A stretch of 64,000 nucleotides of DNA from Prevotella sp. (GTDB lineage Bacteria > Bacteroidota > Bacteroidia > Bacteroidales > Bacteroidaceae), in contig JBNMMB010000001.1 of NCBI GenBank assembly GCA_050875105.1, forward strand, positions 12,597 through 76,596, in the 5' to 3' direction. Every line of letters begins with the position of its first letter. The first letter of the stretch is position 1. Shown piece after piece: positions 1-9,537 of the stretch. The position numbers were made by a program, and so were the translations under genes. Under the pieces are notes generated by a model. That model was not told where the DNA came from and made no database searches. It saw only the letters and a program-made list of their open reading frames with translations.

Positions 1-11
1 AATAAGACATC

Positions 12-584
12 ATGATATATCTTCAACTCTTTTGGACCTTCTTCAAGATCGGCCTGTTCGGATTTGGCGGTGGTTACGGCATGCTCTCACTCATCCAGAT
101 GGAGACCGTGCGCAACCATGCGTGGCTCTCATCGGCTGAGTTCACCAACATCGTGGCCATCTCGCAGATGACCCCTGGTCCCATCGGCATCAACTCGGCC
201 ACCTATTGCGGCTACACCGCCCTCCACAACGCCGGCCACAGCGGCTTCATGGCGGTGCTCGGATCAGCCACGGCCACCACCGCCTTGGTGTTGCCGTCGT
301 TCATTCTGATGATCCTCATCAGTAAGATGTTCATGAAATACATGAAGACTCGCGCTGTGCAAGACGTGTTCTCCGGGCTCCGGCCTGCCGTGGTGGGCCT
401 GTTGGCCGCCGCCACACTTCTGCTGTGCAATGGCGAGAACTTCTCCACTCCGGCCCATCCGTGGCACTTCTGCATCAGCATCGCCCTCTTCATCGCCACA
501 TTTGTCGGCACCAAATGGATTAAGATCAATCCCATCCACATGATCTGCTACGCAGCATTTGCTGGTCTCTTGCTGCTCTACTGA
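12..584 (+). CDS. chrA: chromate ion transporter, single CHR-domain half
   Basis: 190-aa ORF with ATG start. It has the N-terminal FGGGYGMLSLIQ-type motif and multiple hydrophobic helices typical of short CHR-family proteins. These usually occur as adjacent pairs, so the partner may lie upstream of the window. Confidence 0.75.
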   Translation: MIYLQLFWTFFKIGLFGFGGGYGMLSLIQMETVRNHAWLSSAEFTNIVAISQMTPGPIGINSATYCGYTALHNAGHSGFMAVLGSATATTALVLPSFILMILISKMFMKYMKTRAVQDVFSGLRPAVVGLLAAATLLLCNGENFSTPAHPWHFCISIALFIATFVGTKWIKINPIHMICYAAFAGLLLLY

Positions 585-685
585 CGCCTCTTGCCGTTTC
601 TGCCGGCCCCAACCGGCCGACGCGGCCACCACATCCCTCTGACACCCCAAAGACAACCGACCTACCCCACAACCTAGACAACCAC

Positions 686-1579
686 ATGAAACCATCCAAC
701 ACGGTGAAGGGATTCACCAACCGATGGATATCAGCGACCTCGTTCGGCCTGATACCCTTGTTCTCCATCCCCGTCATGACGGCAGGCATGCACCTGCCCT
801 CAATGATGGTCTATCGCTTCGCCTTTGGCTGCCTTGGCATCCTGGCAGTGTTGCTGTGGCAACGCACCAACCTGAAGGTGTCGCTGGTGGAACTGGCAGA
901 GATCAGTCTGTTGGCCCTTTTCTACGATGTCGAGGCGCTGCTCATGATCCTCGGCTACAACTACATGCCGAGTGGCGTGGCCACCACCTTGGTGTTCTCC
1001 TACCCCATCTGGACGGAGCTGCTCATGCTTCTGTTCTTTCATGAGCGTTTCTCTTGGCCGACGATTGGTGCCATGGCCCTCGCCTTTGCGGGCGTGGCAT
1101 GCATGTCGGGCTTGGGCGGCGATGCCGACATCCAGCCCTTGGGCGTGGTCATCGAATTGGCCGCAGGCTTCTCCTACGCACTTTACATGGTGTCGATGCC
1201 ACACATGCGGGTGCGCCACATGGGCGGACTGAAACTGACCTTCTATGTCTTCCTCATGGGCATGGTGTTCTTTGCCCTCTTCTCATACTTGTTCTTCGAC
1301 GGTGTGGAGATGGTCAAGAGTAGCAGCATGTTCCTCAACCTCGTGTTGCTTGGCGTGGTGTCCACGGCCTTGAGCAACGTCACACTCATCCCCGCCATTG
1401 AGCAGATTGGCGCCACGCTGACCGCCATCCTGGGTGCCTTTGAGCCCCTGACGGCCATGATCATCAGCATCCTGGTCTTTGGCGACACGCTGACACCGGC
1501 CATCGGCGCCGGCTTTGTGCTCATCATCGGTGCGGTGCTGACCCTCATCCTCTTAAAAATGAAACGCCATGAAGCTTAA
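686..1579 (+). CDS. EamA/DMT-family permease
   Basis: 297-aa ORF with ATG start. About 10 hydrophobic segments are arranged as two EamA-like halves. Substrate unknown. Confidence 0.7.
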   Translation: MKPSNTVKGFTNRWISATSFGLIPLFSIPVMTAGMHLPSMMVYRFAFGCLGILAVLLWQRTNLKVSLVELAEISLLALFYDVEALLMILGYNYMPSGVATTLVFSYPIWTELLMLLFFHERFSWPTIGAMALAFAGVACMSGLGGDADIQPLGVVIELAAGFSYALYMVSMPHMRVRHMGGLKLTFYVFLMGMVFFALFSYLFFDGVEMVKSSSMFLNLVLLGVVSTALSNVTLIPAIEQIGATLTAILGAFEPLTAMIISILVFGDTLTPAIGAGFVLIIGAVLTLILLKMKRHEA

Positions 1580-2591
1580 CCGTCTCCTGTTGCCGATAGT
1601 TTGTGTGGTGGCAAACGTGGCCGTCATGGCCCAGCGTCGCCCCATGCTTCCCGTGACGTTCGACACCGACACGCCTTTCGTCCACGACCCTGTGATGGCC
1701 TATGAGGATGGTGTCTATCACGTGTTCTACACCGGACAGCACATCGGCCACATGACTTCCACCGACCGTCGCACCTGGAACGTGAAGCGCGACGGTCTCC
1801 TCCCCCACATCCCCGCATGGACACACGACAGCGTGCCGGGCTTCAGGGATCATATCTGGGCGCCCGACATCATCCGCTGGCGCGACCGCTGGTGGATGGC
1901 CTACAGCTGTTCGACCTTTGGAAAGAACACCTCGGCCATCGGTCTCCTGTCCTCGCCCTCACTTGCCGCAGCCGACTGGAAGGATGAAGGCTGCCTGGTG
2001 GCCAGCCAGGCCCGGCGCGACAACTGGAACGCCATCGACCCTGCCTTTGTCACTGATGACAACGACAGCCTGTGGTTGGCATGGGGTTCGTTCTGGGATG
2101 GCATCCAGTTGGCCCCGCTCACCCTCAGGGACGGCAAGCCCCAACTGGCCGGATACCCGCGAACCATCGCCCGTCGTTACTACCGCAATGCACCAGGCGG
2201 TCTCGTGAACCCCACGTCTAAGCATGCTGGCGTGAACGCCATCGAGGCGCCCTTCATCATGCGCCACGGCGGCTACTATTACCTCTTCGTCAGTTGGGAC
2301 TACTGCTGCCGTGGCGAACAGAGCACCTACCGCGTGGTGGTGGGGCGTAGCCGTGAGGTCAGCGGTCCCTATCTCGACCGACAAGGGGTGCCGATGTACG
2401 CAGGCGGCGGAACGCCGGTCATCAGCGGAGACGGCAAGGAGTTTGAGGCGGCCGGTCACTGTGCGGCCTATCATCTCGCCGAGGGCGATGTGTTCATCTG
2501 CCACGGCTACAGCATTCCCCTGCACGGCCAGAGCATCCTCATACAGCGCAGGATGACGTGGAAAGACGGTTGGCCCGTGCTGGATAAATAA
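1569..2591 (+). CDS. glycoside hydrolase family 43 (arabinanase-like)
   Basis: 340 aa with a signal peptide. HDPVM...GVYHVFYTG and WAPDIIRW blocks match the GH43 five-bladed propeller. It overlaps the EamA stop by 11 nt. Confidence 0.8.
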   Translation: MKLNRLLLPIVCVVANVAVMAQRRPMLPVTFDTDTPFVHDPVMAYEDGVYHVFYTGQHIGHMTSTDRRTWNVKRDGLLPHIPAWTHDSVPGFRDHIWAPDIIRWRDRWWMAYSCSTFGKNTSAIGLLSSPSLAAADWKDEGCLVASQARRDNWNAIDPAFVTDDNDSLWLAWGSFWDGIQLAPLTLRDGKPQLAGYPRTIARRYYRNAPGGLVNPTSKHAGVNAIEAPFIMRHGGYYYLFVSWDYCCRGEQSTYRVVVGRSREVSGPYLDRQGVPMYAGGGTPVISGDGKEFEAAGHCAAYHLAEGDVFICHGYSIPLHGQSILIQRRMTWKDGWPVLDK

Positions 2592-2707
2592 CGCAACAAT
2601 ACCATTGAACTAAGATAAGCGCTCTGTTTGGCAAGAGCAAGAACTAAGACGAACCAACACAAACACAACAAGAAAACCTGTTACAAACAACAAAATCACA
2701 AGCAACA

Positions 2708-4297
2708 ATGAACAAAAGACAACTCGTGGGAGCCGCCATGCTCCTCACCGCCATGACCGTTAGTGCCCAGAAGGACAATGCGCCCACGATGGGCTGGAGC
2801 TCCTGGAACACCTATCGTGTGGCCATCAGCGACAGTCTCATCCGCCACCAGGCCGACTGCATGGTGAAGACCGGCCTGAAAGCCGCCGGATACACGTACA
2901 TCAACATCGACGACGGCTTCCAGGGCGGTCGTGGGAAAGACGGCAACCTGAAGATCAACCAGCACCGCTTCCCCAACGGACTGAAGCCTGTGGCCGACTA
3001 CATCCACTCGCTGGGTCTGAAGGCTGGCATCTATTCGGACGTAGGGCGCAACACCTGTGGCAACTATTACGACAAGGACACCCTCTCGGTGGGTGTCGGC
3101 TTCTATGAGCACGACAACACCGACGCACAGTTCTACTTCAAGGACATGGGCTTCGACTTCATCAAGATCGACTATTGCGGAGGCGACGCACGCCAGAACA
3201 CCGACCGCCTGCAGCTCGACGAGGAGACGCGCTACACCGAGATCCGAAAGGCCATCGACGCCACAGGGCGCAAGGGCATCCGCATGAACGTGTGCCGCTG
3301 GAACTATCCGGGCACGTGGGTCAGCCGCGTGGCCGACTCCTGGCGCACCACGTTCGACATCTTCGACAACTGGGGATCGGTGTCGAGCATCATCCGTGAG
3401 AACCTCTATCTCTCGGCCTACAGCAGCGACGGACACTACAACGACATGGACATGCTCGAGGTGGGACGCTCCCTCTCTGAGGAGGAAGACAAGACCCACT
3501 TCGGCCTGTGGTGCATCATGGAGAGCCCTCTGCTCATCGGCTGCGACCTGGGGTCCATCCGTCCGCAGACCCTCGAACTGCTCAAGAACCCCGAACTCCT
3601 TGCCCTCTCACAAGACCAGCCTCACCAGCAGGCATATCCTGTGGCCCAACAGAACGGCGTCTTCATCCTTGTGAAAGACGTGAAGACCCTCTACGGCACC
3701 CAGCGCGCCGTGGCGTTCTACAATCCCGCCAACAGCAGCGCCCGCGCCACGCTGTCGCTCCGCGATGTCGACCTGGCCGGCAACGTGAAGGTGCGCAACG
3801 TCTTCGACCGCAAGGATGAGGCCACCCGCACCGACGGCAAACTGGAGGTCGACGTGCCCGCACATGGTTGTCGCATCTTCGTCTTGACGGGAGCGAAGCG
3901 CCTCGACCGCCAGCGCTATGAGGCAGAAACGGCCTACATCTCCGACTACCAGGAGCTCTGGAACAACCAGGCGAAGAAGACGGGCATCTATGAGTATGAC
4001 AACAACTGCTCAGCAGGCATGAAGGCCACGTGGCTCGGCAGTTCCGCGCAGAACGACCTGCAGTGGCAACATGTCAACGTGAAGAAGGGCGGCAAGAAGA
4101 AGCTCAGCTTCAAGTGCCTGTCACCCGACAAGCGCCAGTTCACGGTGAACGTCAACGGCCAGGACATCGCCACCCTGACTGTGGAAGGCAACGAGACCGT
4201 GAGCGTCTCGGCCAAGCTCAACAAGGGCAACAACATCATTCGTCTGCACAACGATGCAGCATGGATGCCCGACGTGGATTATATGACCGTGGAATAA
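2708..4297 (+). CDS. GH27 alpha-galactosidase with C-terminal carbohydrate-binding module
   Basis: 529 aa with a signal peptide. GH27 blocks MGWSSWNTY, YINIDDGF and FIKIDYCGG are present. The C-terminal ~130 aa (YEAETAY...VDYMTVE) resembles a CBM6/35-type beta-sandwich. Confidence 0.85.
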   Translation: MNKRQLVGAAMLLTAMTVSAQKDNAPTMGWSSWNTYRVAISDSLIRHQADCMVKTGLKAAGYTYINIDDGFQGGRGKDGNLKINQHRFPNGLKPVADYIHSLGLKAGIYSDVGRNTCGNYYDKDTLSVGVGFYEHDNTDAQFYFKDMGFDFIKIDYCGGDARQNTDRLQLDEETRYTEIRKAIDATGRKGIRMNVCRWNYPGTWVSRVADSWRTTFDIFDNWGSVSSIIRENLYLSAYSSDGHYNDMDMLEVGRSLSEEEDKTHFGLWCIMESPLLIGCDLGSIRPQTLELLKNPELLALSQDQPHQQAYPVAQQNGVFILVKDVKTLYGTQRAVAFYNPANSSARATLSLRDVDLAGNVKVRNVFDRKDEATRTDGKLEVDVPAHGCRIFVLTGAKRLDRQRYEAETAYISDYQELWNNQAKKTGIYEYDNNCSAGMKATWLGSSAQNDLQWQHVNVKKGGKKKLSFKCLSPDKRQFTVNVNGQDIATLTVEGNETVSVSAKLNKGNNIIRLHNDAAWMPDVDYMTVE

Positions 4298-4401
4298 GGT
4301 TTGCAGCCGCAAAAATGATGTTAAAGCCTTAAAAAAGGGCGTTTGCGGTTAAAATAACCTAAACATTTGAAACTTTTTAGGTTGAATGGCCGTCTACATT
4401 A

Positions 4402-4409
4402 TAAATTTG
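4402..4409 (+). promoter_or_regulatory. Bacteroidota -7 promoter box (TAAATTTG) for the OmpA-family gene
   Basis: Exact match to the Bacteroides primary-sigma -7 consensus TAnnTTTG, 29 nt upstream of the ATG at 4438. Confidence 0.5.
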
Positions 4410-4437
4410 CAACAAGCAATCACTAATAATCAGAGAT

Positions 4438-5286
4438 ATGAAAAAGAACATTTTTGTACTGGCCACGCTCGCCGCTGCGCTTCTTGTCACAAGTTGCGCC
4501 AGCAAGAAAGACCTGCAAAACTGCCAGAATGAGAACAAGGAACTGACATCCAACTTCCAGGATGCCAAGGAGAAACTGGCCGCCTCGCAAGCCCGCGTCA
4601 GCTCGCTTGAGGAGCAACTGGCCCAGCAAAAGAAGGACTATGCCGCCTTGCAGAAGAGCCTCGACAAGAGTCTCTCGAACACCAGCGACAACAACGTGAA
4701 CATCTCGAAGCTCGTCGACCAGATCAATGAGTCGAACCAATACATCCGTCACCTCGTGGAGGTGAAGAGCAAGAGCGACTCGCTCAACATGGTCTTGACG
4801 AACAACCTGACCCGCTCACTGTCGAAGGAAGAGATGAAGGAGGTCGACGTGCAGGTGCTCAAGGGTGTCGTCTACATCTCGCTGGCCGACAACATGCTCT
4901 ACAAGAGTGGCAGCTATGAGATCAACGACCGCGCCCAGGAGACACTGTCGAAGATTGCCAAGATCATCATGGACTACAAGGACTATGACGTGCTGATCGA
5001 GGGCAACACCGACAACGTGCCCATCAACACCGAGGCCGCCTCGATGAAGAACATCCGCAACAACTGGGACCTGTCTGCCCTTCGCGCCTCATCGGTGGTG
5101 CAGTATCTCGTCGATCACTTCGGCGTGGCACCCAAGCGCCTGACAGCCGGTGGCCGTGGCGAGTTCAACCCCGTGGCCTCCAACGACACCGAGGTGGGCA
5201 AGCAGCGCAACCGCCGCACCCAGATCATCATCACGCCGAAGCTCGACCAGTTCATGGACCTGATCGACAAGGCTCCTGAGGAGTAA
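4438..5286 (+). CDS. OmpA/MotB-domain lipoprotein with coiled-coil N-region
   Basis: 282 aa with a lipobox (LVTSC) and a heptad-rich segment. The C-terminal OmpA-like peptidoglycan-binding block is GNTDNVP...LSALRASSVVQYL...RNRRTQIII. Confidence 0.8.
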   Translation: MKKNIFVLATLAAALLVTSCASKKDLQNCQNENKELTSNFQDAKEKLAASQARVSSLEEQLAQQKKDYAALQKSLDKSLSNTSDNNVNISKLVDQINESNQYIRHLVEVKSKSDSLNMVLTNNLTRSLSKEEMKEVDVQVLKGVVYISLADNMLYKSGSYEINDRAQETLSKIAKIIMDYKDYDVLIEGNTDNVPINTEAASMKNIRNNWDLSALRASSVVQYLVDHFGVAPKRLTAGGRGEFNPVASNDTEVGKQRNRRTQIIITPKLDQFMDLIDKAPEE

Positions 5287-5356
5287 GTCGCGGGCGGATC
5301 ATCCACACACGAACACTTCGATTGCAGGCGCTGAGCGTCCTGCAACCATCGCCCAA

Positions 5357-5410
5357 CAAAAGCGGGCATGAGAGTCAACCGATGACTTTCATGCCCGCTT
5401 TCTTTGTTTG
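5357..5410. terminator. bidirectional rho-independent terminator between the OmpA-like gene and malQ
   Basis: An 11-bp perfect stem (AGCGGGCATGA 5361-5371 with TCATGCCCGCT 5389-5399) is flanked by an A-run upstream and TTCTTTGTTTG downstream. It sits between convergent genes. Confidence 0.7.
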
Positions 5411-5471
5411 CTCGTTTCGCAGGGATGGCCAAACTCCCACACCAGGAGGAGACCGGCCATCTTCAGGCGCC

Positions 5472-8198
5472 TCAGCGTCCGCTCCGCTTGACCAGTTGCC
5501 TCACCTCGTCAGTAAACTGCTTGTCAGCCGCGAGGTCCTCGATGTTGAGGTGCATGCGGTAGCGCCAGTAGTGGTGAGGATTGGCCGGTATGTTGATGCG
5601 CTCGGCGTTGGGGTCGGCCAGGCGCAGGCGCTCGCTGATGGCCAACCAGTCCTGGATGCTCAAGACACAGAGCATCGAGCTCGACGAGAGCTGTCCCTCC
5701 ACCACCTCACGTGCCAGGTCGCCCGACAGGGGGTGTGGGGCCGCACCCTCATGGTGCATCATGACATTGTAGTACTCCTGCGTGCGCTGCTTGTCCTCGT
5801 CCCACCACTGTCGCAGCGTGGGCATGTCGTGGGTGGAGAAGGTGCAGACCGAGCGATACGGGTTGCGCTCGGGATGGCTGAAGCGCACGAACGCCTCCTT
5901 GGGCATCGACTGTATCTCGAGCGTGAGGATCTTCAGTTCGTTCATCACCCAAGGCACACAGGCCGGCACCATGCCGAGGTCTTCGGCGCAGACCAACATG
6001 CGAGTGGCCTGCACGAGGCGCGGCAACTTGCGCATGGCCCCATGATACCAGAACTGGTTGTTGCGGTGGTAGAAGTAGTCCTCGTGTATGCGGTTGAAGG
6101 CCGCCTTGTCGCTGTCCGACAGGTGCTGATAGGCATCATCGGCCTGTGCGGCGATGCGGGGATGGTAGCGGTGGATGTCCTTGTGGTCGCGGAGGAACAG
6201 CACATTGCTGATCAGGGCATAGAGGCCGTCGCGCGTCTGGTCGAGAAGGGCGCATTGGCGCGTGCGCTCCTGCTCATCGCCAACGGTCCGCCTCACTTCC
6301 TCTTTCAGGTGCCAGAAGTGGCCCTCCACCTGCCGTTGGGTGGCAAACTGTGGCCGCAGGTCCCAGCGTCCATCGTCCTTGCGCATGAGGTATTGGCGCT
6401 TCACATCGTCGGCCTGGTCGCCAAAGGTGCGCGCCACCAGTTCGTCGGTGATGAACGGTTCGCAGTAGAGACGCTCGCGGAAAGGCAACCCGTAGCGCTC
6501 GATCTCATCGCTTGTCATCGCGAGCGACGGCTGGAACTGTCCCAGGAGGCCATGCACCGACGAGACGGGGATCTCCCAGATGCGGAAGAAGCCCAGCACA
6601 TGGTCGATGCGATAGGCGTCGAAGTAGCGGGCCATGTTCTGGAACCGCCGTTTCCACCACAGGCAACCATCCTTGAGCATCTCGTCCCAGTTGTAGGTGG
6701 GGAAGCCCCAGTTCTGCCCGTTCACGGAGAAGGCGTCGGGCGGAGCGCCCGCCTGTCCGTTGAGGTTGAAGTATTTGGGTTCCATCCACACGTCGCAGCC
6801 CTCACGGTTCACGCCGATGGGGATGTCGCCCTTGAGGATGACATGGCGTTGGCGCGCATACTGGTGGGCGCCAGCCAACTGCTCGCTGAGCACAAACTGC
6901 ACATAGTACCAGAACTCCACATCGCGGTAAGCCTTGGTGCGCGGATTGGTCAGCGCCTCGCGCCACGCCTCATCCCAGAGGTTGTGGTCGGGCCAATCCT
7001 TGAAGTTGGGTGTGCCATAGCGGTCGCGCAGCGTGGCGTAAGCCGCATAGGGCACCAGCCACGACGAGGCCTCCTCGAAGAAATCCTTATAGGCGCGGGT
7101 GCGCATCGCCTGGTGGCCCTCTTGCTCGAAGAGCAGGCGCAGGTAGGCCATCTTGGCCCGCATCACCTCCTCATAGTCGATCTGCGGCAGGGCGTTGAGC
7201 CGCTGTCGCACCGCCTCGTAGTGGTCGCGCTGCTTGGCGTCGTTGAGAGGCGGCAGTTGGGTGAGGTCCGCATATTGCGGATGGAGGGCAAAGACGGATA
7301 TGCAACTGTAGGGGTAGGAGTCGTCCTTGGTGTGGTGGAGCGTGGTGTCGTTGACCGGCAGTACCTGCAACACACGTTGCCCGGTGCAGGCCACGAGGTC
7401 GACCATCCGCTTCAGGTCACCAAAGTCGCCCACACCGAAGCTGGCTGCCGAGCGCAGCGAGAAGACGGGCACGAGGGTGCCCGCCAGTCGGGTGTCGCAG
7501 ATGGGGAAGAAGGCCATGGGGATGGTGTAGACCGCAACCCTGCCCGGGCGCGGTCGTGGCAGGTCGACCGACTGGTTGCATCCCGTCTCCCAGATGGGCA
7601 CGTCGGGCTGTCGGTCGTCGAAGGCCACGAACTTAAACTCATGATGGCCAGCGCCCAGGGCGTCGGCATCCACGTCGACGGTCCACTCATTGTGGTTGTG
7701 CTCGGTCATGGCGAGGGCCTTCGCCGGGTCCCAATGGCCCAAGGCGTCGGCACTGCCCACCAGGGTCAGGCGCTGGTGGTCGAGCAACTGCGGGGCGCGC
7801 ACCACCAGGCGCACGGTGTTCGCATAGGCCGACGAGGGCGCATCGGCCGTCGAGCGCGGATGGATGCAGTCGGTGTAGGCAGAGGTGTAGAGGTAAGCGT
7901 CCTCGGGGATGTCCACCCAGTAGTCGTAGACCAGGTATTCCCTGGCCTTCGTGGCCGACAGGTCGAGCCTGTGGGTGAGCAGCGTCCACTCACGGCGCAG
8001 TTCGTTGTCCGCCCGCTCCAAGGCATAATAATAGTTGAGGGCCTTGCCCGCTGGTTCCAGCTCAATGGCGACATGCCATTGCTCGCCGTCGAGGGTGGTC
8101 ATGTGATGGCGCTCCTCGGTGCCGTCGGCAGCCACGGTGTGGAGCACCAGCTCCTCGCCCATGCGGGTTCGGTATGCGATGTTCAGGATGATGTTCAT
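5472..8198 (-). CDS. malQ: 4-alpha-glucanotransferase (GH77) with N-terminal starch-binding (CBM20-like) region
   Basis: 908 aa with ATG start. The long Bacteroidota-type amylomaltase architecture is present, with GH77 blocks such as GDFGDL, LPVNDT, DYEEV, ILKGDIPIGV and CAEDLGMVP. Confidence 0.9.
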   Translation of the reverse strand: MNIILNIAYRTRMGEELVLHTVAADGTEERHHMTTLDGEQWHVAIELEPAGKALNYYYALERADNELRREWTLLTHRLDLSATKAREYLVYDYWVDIPEDAYLYTSAYTDCIHPRSTADAPSSAYANTVRLVVRAPQLLDHQRLTLVGSADALGHWDPAKALAMTEHNHNEWTVDVDADALGAGHHEFKFVAFDDRQPDVPIWETGCNQSVDLPRPRPGRVAVYTIPMAFFPICDTRLAGTLVPVFSLRSAASFGVGDFGDLKRMVDLVACTGQRVLQVLPVNDTTLHHTKDDSYPYSCISVFALHPQYADLTQLPPLNDAKQRDHYEAVRQRLNALPQIDYEEVMRAKMAYLRLLFEQEGHQAMRTRAYKDFFEEASSWLVPYAAYATLRDRYGTPNFKDWPDHNLWDEAWREALTNPRTKAYRDVEFWYYVQFVLSEQLAGAHQYARQRHVILKGDIPIGVNREGCDVWMEPKYFNLNGQAGAPPDAFSVNGQNWGFPTYNWDEMLKDGCLWWKRRFQNMARYFDAYRIDHVLGFFRIWEIPVSSVHGLLGQFQPSLAMTSDEIERYGLPFRERLYCEPFITDELVARTFGDQADDVKRQYLMRKDDGRWDLRPQFATQRQVEGHFWHLKEEVRRTVGDEQERTRQCALLDQTRDGLYALISNVLFLRDHKDIHRYHPRIAAQADDAYQHLSDSDKAAFNRIHEDYFYHRNNQFWYHGAMRKLPRLVQATRMLVCAEDLGMVPACVPWVMNELKILTLEIQSMPKEAFVRFSHPERNPYRSVCTFSTHDMPTLRQWWDEDKQRTQEYYNVMMHHEGAAPHPLSGDLAREVVEGQLSSSSMLCVLSIQDWLAISERLRLADPNAERINIPANPHHYWRYRMHLNIEDLAADKQFTDEVRQLVKRSGR

Positions 8199-8219
8199 AG
8201 TTTTTAAGTTGGTTTCTTG

Positions 8220-8834
8220 TCAATCGAGTCTGATGGCCAGCGACACGCTGTTGCCGTCGATGGCCACGCGGTAGCGACTGTGCTCGCCCGTGATCTTGTC
8301 GCCGACCCAGTAGCCCAGCCATGTGCCTCCGACGCCGATGGCCGCACCGGCCACCACGTCTTGCCACTCATGGCGGTTGCGCACGAGGCGGTCTACGGCC
8401 ACCCCCGTGGCCACGGCATAGCCCCCGACGCTGATCCAGGGCGACACATGGCGGTACTCCTTGTCGAGGATGGCGGCGCCCACAAAGGCCACTGTGGCGT
8501 GGCCAGAGGGGAAGGCGTGGTTGTCGGTGCCGTCGGGACGGCGCTCATGGATGGCTTTTTTCAGCGCCCAGGTGGTGCCGCAGGCCAGCACGTAGCTCGT
8601 GGCGGTGTTGACCGCCAAGCGCTTCCACGAGCTGGCACTCTCCACGCCACAGGCTTTCAGCGCATAGGCCGACGCCACGGGCACGAAGCGCAACCAGTCG
8701 TCAGGGCCGTCGCCGTGATAGGTCTTCTGCGCCCTGGCGGACGAAAAGGCCAGGCTGAGCACGGCGATGAGGAGCCACAGCCGCAGGGCGTGGCGGCCCA
8801 AGAGCCGTCGGCTGTTATAGTTTTCCTTGTTCAT
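8220..8834 (-). CDS. PAP2-family phosphatase (membrane)
   Basis: The track ORF (8220-9059) was trimmed to the ATG at 8834 (MNKENYNS...), where a signal/TM segment begins. PAP2 motifs KKAIHERRPDG, PSGH and VAVDRLVRNRH(E)W(Q)D are present. Confidence 0.75.
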   Translation of the reverse strand: MNKENYNSRRLLGRHALRLWLLIAVLSLAFSSARAQKTYHGDGPDDWLRFVPVASAYALKACGVESASSWKRLAVNTATSYVLACGTTWALKKAIHERRPDGTDNHAFPSGHATVAFVGAAILDKEYRHVSPWISVGGYAVATGVAVDRLVRNRHEWQDVVAGAAIGVGGTWLGYWVGDKITGEHSRYRVAIDGNSVSLAIRLD

Positions 8835-9501
8835 GATACGAGTAATAATTGCCATCGGTGACGATGACATGGTCGAGAAAATAGATGCGCATGGTCTCGC
8901 ATGCCTTTCTGATGCGCTCGGTGAGCTGGTCGTCCTGTCGCGAGGGGACGGTGTTGCCACTGGGATGGTTGTGGCAGGCGGCGAGCACGGTGGCGTTGCA
9001 GAGCAGCGCCTCACGCATGACGACGCGGATGTCGACAGCCGTCTCGGTGATGCCACCATGGCTGACGCGCACCTCCTTGATGAGCTTGAAGCGCTGGTTC
9101 ATCAGCAGGATGTGGAACTCCTCGACGTCGAGGTCTTGCAACTTAGGGTGCATGAGGTTATAGATGGCCGTGGCCGAGCAGAGGTCGGGTCGCTCCTCGG
9201 CCTTCTCGCGGGCGCGTCGCTTGCCCAGTTCGCAGGCGGCGAGGATGGTGATGGCCTTGGCGGGGCCGATGCCCTTGAAGGCCTGGAGGTCGTGGATGGT
9301 CATCTTGCCCAGCGTGTTGAGGTTGTTGTGGCAAGTGGCCAGCACGTCTTTCATCAGGTCGACGGCACTCTGGTTGGGTGTGCCCGACCCGATGAGGATG
9401 GCCAGGAGCTCAGCGTTGGAGAGTGCCTCGGCGCCCAGTCGCTCGAGCCGTTCGCGCGGACGGTCTTCTTCGGCCCAGTCGGTGATGGTCAGGTTGGTCA
9501 T
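8815..9501 (-). CDS. radC: RadC-like JAB-domain protein (UPF0758)
   Basis: 228 aa. It has the N-terminal HhH-like RPRERL...LSNAELLAILIGSG block and the C-terminal JAMM-like HNHPSG motif. It overlaps the PAP2 start by 20 nt. Confidence 0.85.
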   Translation of the reverse strand: MTNLTITDWAEEDRPRERLERLGAEALSNAELLAILIGSGTPNQSAVDLMKDVLATCHNNLNTLGKMTIHDLQAFKGIGPAKAITILAACELGKRRAREKAEERPDLCSATAIYNLMHPKLQDLDVEEFHILLMNQRFKLIKEVRVSHGGITETAVDIRVVMREALLCNATVLAACHNHPSGNTVPSRQDDQLTERIRKACETMRIYFLDHVIVTDGNYYSYHEQGKL

Positions 9502-9537
9502 GTGTGGTTGATGGCTCTATGGGCGCGGGTGCGTCGG

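Noticed and set aside
4298-4380. A possible terminator hairpin after the GH27 gene (CCGCAAA...TTTGCGG).
   Set aside because: It is only a 7-bp stem with a loop of about 31 nt and no U-tract, which is too weak to call.
5322-8207. A very long (961-aa) plus-strand ORF. Similar giant ORFs occur at 8827-10617, 12380-14266, 22299-24341, 24362-26287, 37023-38762, 40372-42345, 52985-54892 and 56506-58320.
   Set aside because: Each lies exactly antisense to a gene with a clear family assignment (malQ, radC/GT2, rluD, the acyl-CoA synthetase, argD/proC, fadD, M23, ftsI, mraY/murD). Their translations are low-complexity and rich in Arg, Gly, Val, Ala, His, Asp and Leu, with no recognisable motifs. They are typical shadow ORFs of high-GC coding DNA, where stop codons are rare on the antisense strand.
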